From: Promethearchaeum syntrophicum
GTDB lineage: Archaea; Asgardarchaeota; Lokiarchaeia; Sigyniarchaeales; Promethearchaeaceae
Direction of reading: 5' to 3'
Assembly (NCBI RefSeq): GCF_008000775.2
Contig: NZ_CP042905.2
Span: forward strand, 1,830,001-1,862,000
DNA: 32,000 nucleotides
Shown here: piece by piece, positions 27,415-32,000 of the stretch
Numbering within the stretch: position 1 is the stretch's first letter
Layout of the letters: every line of letters begins with the position of its first letter
Program-made: the position numbers and the translations under genes
Notes under the pieces: generated by a model
Databases searched by the model: none
Seen by the model: only the letters and a program-made list of their open reading frames with translations
Told to the model about the DNA's origin: nothing

Positions 27415-29577
27415 ATGAGCAAGATAAAACAAAAATTACTGATATTTTCGGCTTTAATACTAATAAGCTTTTCAAGCATTATTTCCTCAAATCAAGTTCA
27501 AGATCCAAAGGGGGAAAATATACCGATTGCAGCAGATATAAATACTGTATTACATTGTGGGTTTGAAGAATCTATAGATAGTTCTACTGGAGAAACTGGA
27601 GTAACAAATGGAAATTGGGAATATGATACAAACAATCCAATCAATGAAACTTCTTCGGTAAAGTTAGCTGGTGATAATCAAAATAGCATTAAATGGAATT
27701 ACGGAAGTGCCTTAGCGGAAGGAACCATTGAATGCCTTTTTCAAATTATAAATCTCGATTCTATTGATTTTGTTGCACAGATATTACAAGCTGGTAGCAA
27801 TAACAATTGGCACTTGGCTGTATATGTAAACCCAGGGGGTGCTTTATCTTGTATGATAACTGATGAGTATGGTTCACATGGATTTGGAGGAGGTTCTATT
27901 ATATCTGGAAAGACTTATCATGTAGCTGCAACATGGGGTTCACGTGGACTTGAGTTATGGTTGAATGGAGTTCTTGTTGGTTTCAGTCTGGCTCTCACCA
28001 TGGGTTTAGAGATTGACACTCCATATTATGGAATTGGAGAAATTGCGGGTGAAAGTCTTAACGTACATTCAGTATATGGTTATTTTGATGAATTTCGCTT
28101 GAGTAATATCCAACGAAGCACATTCCCTAATATTGATGATGTAATTGGAGCAGTTCCTGCTGCTCCAACTTTAGATCCAATTTCTTCACCAGATGAAGAT
28201 GGAAACATCCCAATATCATGGAGTGCCGTAAACGGTGTTTCAGGATATGAAATCTATCGATCTTTATATCCAATTACTGAAATTAATTCGACGCACACAT
28301 TATTGGATTCAACCACTCAATTAACTTATGAAGATTTTAATTTAGATAATGATACATATTATTATTCTATTGTAGCGAAAAATGCAAGTGGGGCATCAAT
28401 TCCATCTAATTTTGAATCTGTATTGGTTTCAATCCCCCCTATTCCAGAAGAAATTACCTTATTATATTGTGGATTTGAGGGAACTATAGATAGTTCTACA
28501 GGAGAAACTGGAATAACAAATGGAAATTGGGAGTATGATACTATCAATCCAATTATTGGATCATCTTCGGTCAAGTTAGCTGGAGAGAATCGAAATAATA
28601 TTAAATGGGATTATGGAAGTACTTTATCTGATGGAACAATGGAATGCCTATTCCAATTAATAAATCTTGACTCCATTGACGGTGCTAAATATATACTGGA
28701 GGCAGGAGATTACTATAATAGTTCATCAGGAGTGTATTTTTACAAGAATGGCAGTTTATATGCTCAGTTTAGAGTTGAAGGGACAATGCATATAATTGAA
28801 TCTACAACAAATATTACATCAGGAGAAACATATCATGTTGCTCTTACATGGGGTACTCGGGGTATTCAATTATGGCTAAATGGAGAAATTGTAGCTTATG
28901 ATTTAGCAATCACAGATGGTATGGAAAGTTGGACTCAATATTATGGGATTGGGGACACTCCAATGGGTTCTACAAACCAATCAGGATATGGTTACTGGGA
29001 TGAATTTCATTTGAGCAATATCCAAAGGAGCACATTTCCTAATATTGGAGATGTATATACAAATGGCACATGGCAGGATTTGGTAGAAGGAATTAATACT
29101 GTACAATGTATTGATCAATCAGATAAAATTTGGATGTTGGTTACGGTTGCTAGTTGTGAGAAGTCTCAAATTAAATTAACATATTTTGATTCAAATCCCA
29201 CTTCCATTAATGAACCAAATAATTTGGACTTAAATTATTTCTATTTATTAGAAGTAGAAAATATAAGTAAAATTCAATCTGTTTCAGTGACCTTCTATTT
29301 TGGAGATGCTAATTTATCAAGTGATCAACTTTCAACTATGTGTATGTATCAGTATAATATATCAAATTGGTTTGAACCTAATAAAGATCAAAGGAAGGAA
29401 GTGAATAGCATCTTTATAATTGGAATCGAATTAAATACTTATTATGCTTTGGGGAATGATCTTTCACCTGAGACATCAACATTTAATATTCCAGGTTATG
29501 ATTTACCTATTATGTTTGGATTCATGGCTATTGTTATAGTGTTCTTGATCCAGTATAGAGGTAAATTTAAAAAATAA
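27415..29577 (+). CDS. Secreted/membrane-anchored surface protein with two LamG-like domains and an FN3-like domain
   Basis: N-terminal signal LLIFSALILISFSSIISSNQ; two TVLHCGFEESIDSSTGETG...VAATWGSRGLELWLNG...FDEFRLSNIQRSTFPNI modules; FN3-like PAAPTLDPISSPDEDGNIPISWSAVNGVSGYEIYRS; C-terminal TM LPIMFGFMAIVIVFLIQ. Confidence 0.85.
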   Translation: MSKIKQKLLIFSALILISFSSIISSNQVQDPKGENIPIAADINTVLHCGFEESIDSSTGETGVTNGNWEYDTNNPINETSSVKLAGDNQNSIKWNYGSALAEGTIECLFQIINLDSIDFVAQILQAGSNNNWHLAVYVNPGGALSCMITDEYGSHGFGGGSIISGKTYHVAATWGSRGLELWLNGVLVGFSLALTMGLEIDTPYYGIGEIAGESLNVHSVYGYFDEFRLSNIQRSTFPNIDDVIGAVPAAPTLDPISSPDEDGNIPISWSAVNGVSGYEIYRSLYPITEINSTHTLLDSTTQLTYEDFNLDNDTYYYSIVAKNASGASIPSNFESVLVSIPPIPEEITLLYCGFEGTIDSSTGETGITNGNWEYDTINPIIGSSSVKLAGENRNNIKWDYGSTLSDGTMECLFQLINLDSIDGAKYILEAGDYYNSSSGVYFYKNGSLYAQFRVEGTMHIIESTTNITSGETYHVALTWGTRGIQLWLNGEIVAYDLAITDGMESWTQYYGIGDTPMGSTNQSGYGYWDEFHLSNIQRSTFPNIGDVYTNGTWQDLVEGINTVQCIDQSDKIWMLVTVASCEKSQIKLTYFDSNPTSINEPNNLDLNYFYLLEVENISKIQSVSVTFYFGDANLSSDQLSTMCMYQYNISNWFEPNKDQRKEVNSIFIIGIELNTYYALGNDLSPETSTFNIPGYDLPIMFGFMAIVIVFLIQYRGKFKK
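27549..28142 (+). repeat. Intragenic duplicated LamG module, unit 1
   Basis: High nucleotide similarity to 28459-29056, e.g. GATAGTTCTAC.GGAGAAACTGGA.TAACAAATGGAAATTGGGA.TATGATA. Confidence 0.85.
28459..29056 (+). repeat. Intragenic duplicated LamG module, unit 2
   Basis: See unit 1 at 27549-28142. Confidence 0.85.
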
Positions 29578-29579
29578 TT

Positions 29580-30383
29580 GTGGAGAAATGTTACTTCATG
29601 AAAACAATATTTTTTTTTCTTTTTTGGAAAAAATCCATGTTCAGATATAATATTAAGAGGAAATTCGGAAAATATCTGATATTGGTTATTTTATTTAGTG
29701 GGCTTTTTCCTATTTTTTATTATCAAAATGATAATCATTCTCCTGATAAAAATTACATTTCATCTGAGCCTCTGAATTCTATAGAAAATACAACTACTTC
29801 TTTTGAATTTTCTCTTTCAAATTATACTAAAATTCCTTTAAATGATGAAAGATCAATAAATATTAATATTCTAAATGGAGAAGAAACAATTCTTTTAATA
29901 TGGATTAATGAAAATTTATTTAATCATACTGAAATTAATGATTTTTTTTATAGTATTGATATTCCTGTAGAAGATTTACAAAATGGGGAAAATCATCTAA
30001 AAATGGAACTTTATTCCAAAAATTCTAGTGGATCAAATCCATTTCTAATGCAATTAACATTAATTCTCATAATTGAAGAACCATTTGATATCAATTTAGT
30101 CCTTCTATTAATTGGAGGATTTACAGTAATAACTTTAGCATTTCTATTCCTTAGAAATAAATTACAAATTTTATCCATATCTAAGACTTTTAAAACTTCA
30201 ATTATTGGCTTAGATCCTTTAGGAATACCCTCCTTATTCGATAATAGTGATGATCTTCCAATGATTTCAAAGAGAAATTATCGAAAAATGCAACGATTTA
30301 TTGTAAAGGACATTCTTTATTCAAATATTGACATTAACCAAATGGATGATTTAGAATTTTGTAAAACCTTGAAAAAAATTTAA
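29580..30383 (+). CDS. Membrane protein with two TM segments and an extracytoplasmic domain (267 aa)
   Basis: N-terminal TM YLILVILFSGLFPIFYY, Asn-rich ectodomain, TM INLVLLLIGGFTVITLAFLFL, cytoplasmic tail. Abuts the LamG gene; start may be ATG 29598. Confidence 0.6.
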   Translation: MEKCYFMKTIFFFLFWKKSMFRYNIKRKFGKYLILVILFSGLFPIFYYQNDNHSPDKNYISSEPLNSIENTTTSFEFSLSNYTKIPLNDERSININILNGEETILLIWINENLFNHTEINDFFYSIDIPVEDLQNGENHLKMELYSKNSSGSNPFLMQLTLILIIEEPFDINLVLLLIGGFTVITLAFLFLRNKLQILSISKTFKTSIIGLDPLGIPSLFDNSDDLPMISKRNYRKMQRFIVKDILYSNIDINQMDDLEFCKTLKKI

Positions 30384-30426
30384 TTTAGTTTGTCAATATA
30401 CAATATTATATTTCTTCTAATCAATT

Positions 30427-31179
30427 ATGGGGGATTATTTGTTCCTATTTATTATAACTGAAGATCCAAATATCTTAGAAAATTTAAAACAAGGTTCCGA
30501 TGTAAATCAAGAAAAATATGGCCGTTACTTTGATTACATATGTAAACTTTGCCCTCAACGAACACAAAAACATATATATTCAGATCAATTAAAATCTCGG
30601 TTGAGAAAAAAGTTTCGAATTGATGATCTAACAGTTAAGGCAATTATTGCATATTTTGTTAATAAAAATGCCCTTATTGTAGCATTTGATGATTCTGTTA
30701 GTATTAATCTTTTATCTAATACTACTCGTAAGAAAATACATGATTTAATTGAAGAATATCCAGGAGTTTACTCAAATATTTTTATTAAATTTCTGGGGCT
30801 TGGCTCTAGACAAGTATTATGGCATATTTCCTTTCTATTGGAGTTTAATATAATTGAATATCTGAGTTTTGGAAAAATCAAAGCCTATGGTCTAATAGAA
30901 ATAGATAAGAAACTAATTATGATTGGATATGTAATATTAAAGGATTCACTTCGAGAATTGTTAAAATGCCTTTTAGATCATCCAAATGGATCATATCTAG
31001 GTGAAATTTCGGAATTATTAGGAAAACCGAAAAATTCGACTCTTTATACTTTGAACAAATTAAAACAACTGAAAATTCTTATTCTATCACAGGATAATAA
31101 GAAAAAATATTCAGTAGATAGGAAATATATACAAATAATGAACCAAACTTTAGAAAGACATAAAAAAAAATTTCCGTAA
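30427..31179 (+). CDS. Tandem winged-helix regulator-like protein (250 aa)
   Basis: Two wHTH-like segments: TTRKKIHDLIEEYPGVYSNIFIKFLGLGSRQVLWHISFLLEFNIIEY and LRELLKCLLDHPNGSYLGEISELLGKPKNSTLYTLNKLKQLKILI. Confidence 0.65.
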   Translation: MGDYLFLFIITEDPNILENLKQGSDVNQEKYGRYFDYICKLCPQRTQKHIYSDQLKSRLRKKFRIDDLTVKAIIAYFVNKNALIVAFDDSVSINLLSNTTRKKIHDLIEEYPGVYSNIFIKFLGLGSRQVLWHISFLLEFNIIEYLSFGKIKAYGLIEIDKKLIMIGYVILKDSLRELLKCLLDHPNGSYLGEISELLGKPKNSTLYTLNKLKQLKILILSQDNKKKYSVDRKYIQIMNQTLERHKKKFP

Positions 31180-31385
31180 TTCTAGGCTTTATTCAATTAA
31201 TCTAGAGCATTTTTTTTCTTTTTACTTAATAACATATCCAAAATTATATTTATCTTTATTTATTTTTAATTCTGAACGAATTTCGATTTAATTTATAAAT
31301 ATTAGGATAAAAAATCATATTTCCCAGAATATCACTTTTTATCACTTAATATCGTCCTTCGTAGTGAAATAGTTAAATTAGTCAA

Positions 31386-31446
31386 TATTCAAAAAAAAAA
31401 CCACACCTCTTTATTACATTTTTTTCCTATTTTTTGTTTAAGATGA
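31386..31446. repeat. ~60-bp interspersed repeat, copy 2
   Basis: TATTCAAAAAAAAAACCACACCTCTTTATTACATTTTTTTCCTATTTTTTGTTTAAGATGA. Confidence 0.8.
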
Positions 31447-31567
31447 TTTTTTGTAAGAAAAATGGTCTAACATCAAAGAAATGATCATATTTGATGATTT
31501 TTTAAAAAAATGAAAAAAAATACAAAATTGTTGAAATTTTGTATCAATAAATATAGGTTAGAAAAAA

Positions 31568-32000
31568 ATGAAAACTAAACAATTAAAAAACTTTGGAATT
31601 GCAGTTATTATGATTGCTGTAGTGTTGGGGAGCTTACCAACTCAAGTACTCGCAGGTGTGCCCGGTGATCCTGATGATGATATACCATACGTTTACAGCC
31701 CTTCCATAACAGCGCGGCCAGCAAATGTTATTTATCAGAGAGCAGATCAAGGACAAACTCTATATTGGAAAGCTTATGTTGCAGGTAGTAATAGTCTTAC
31801 GTCTTCTAAACTGCAACGTGATACCACTGGGGGCTCAAGTTATAGCAATTATCTATCTAGAGGCAATTGGGCTGATGGGGTAAATATTGGATATTCTGTT
31901 TCAACTCCAAATATGGTTCCAGGAGCACCTATATGGACTTATAACTATCGATTTTATGCATATAACTCCTACAAGTATGCCTATGATTATGTGACTGTCA
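31568..32000 (+). CDS. Secreted protein of unknown function, 3'-truncated by the window edge
   Basis: Open frame to the end: MKTKQLKNFGIAVIMIAVVLGSLPTQVLAGVPGDPDDDIPYVYSPSITARPANVIYQRADQ...; clear signal peptide. Confidence 0.75.
   Translation, partial: MKTKQLKNFGIAVIMIAVVLGSLPTQVLAGVPGDPDDDIPYVYSPSITARPANVIYQRADQGQTLYWKAYVAGSNSLTSSKLQRDTTGGSSYSNYLSRGNWADGVNIGYSVSTPNMVPGAPIWTYNYRFYAYNSYKYAYDYVTV

Noticed and set aside
1-32000. tRNA, rRNA or CRISPR loci
   Set aside because: Intergenic regions were scanned by eye for T-loop/acceptor patterns and regularly spaced 25-40 nt repeats; none found. tRNAscan-SE or Infernal would be more sensitive.

Overview
A 32 kb, AT-rich archaeal window whose gene content points to an Asgard (Lokiarchaeia-like) lineage. 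This placement is inferred from longin/roadblock-like small proteins, a gelsolin-like domain protein, archaeal AMP phosphorylase, deoxyhypusine synthase and pyruvoyl arginine decarboxylase. Recognisable genes include a hybrid histidine kinase (truncated at the left edge), a DAHP synthase-chorismate mutase fusion plus AroB, an MFS-like transporter, AsnRS, a MoxR/VWA pair, a PfkB kinase, a frameshifted AlkD/HEAT-like gene, an ATP-dependent DNA ligase, a polyamine/hypusine-like operon with an unknown 405-aa protein, two tandem ATP-grasp ligases (the second fused to a GNAT domain), AMP phosphorylase, a TPR plus beta-sandwich protein, and a LamG surface-protein operon with a winged-helix regulator. 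The most unusual structure is a diverged ~1.1 kb direct duplication (about 19.03-20.13 kb and 22.93-24.07 kb) that brackets the ATP-grasp pair. Each copy carries a conserved promoter/leader, an orphan 138/141-aa protein and an unannotated lysine-rich micropeptide (28 and 34 aa). The second copy also retains a stop-riddled remnant of the N-terminus of the 405-aa gene next to copy 1. A second notable non-coding signal is a ~60-bp repeat upstream of two secreted or surface protein genes (27.17 and 31.39 kb). I found no tRNA, rRNA, CRISPR array or transposase. All family calls were made by eye, without database searches.
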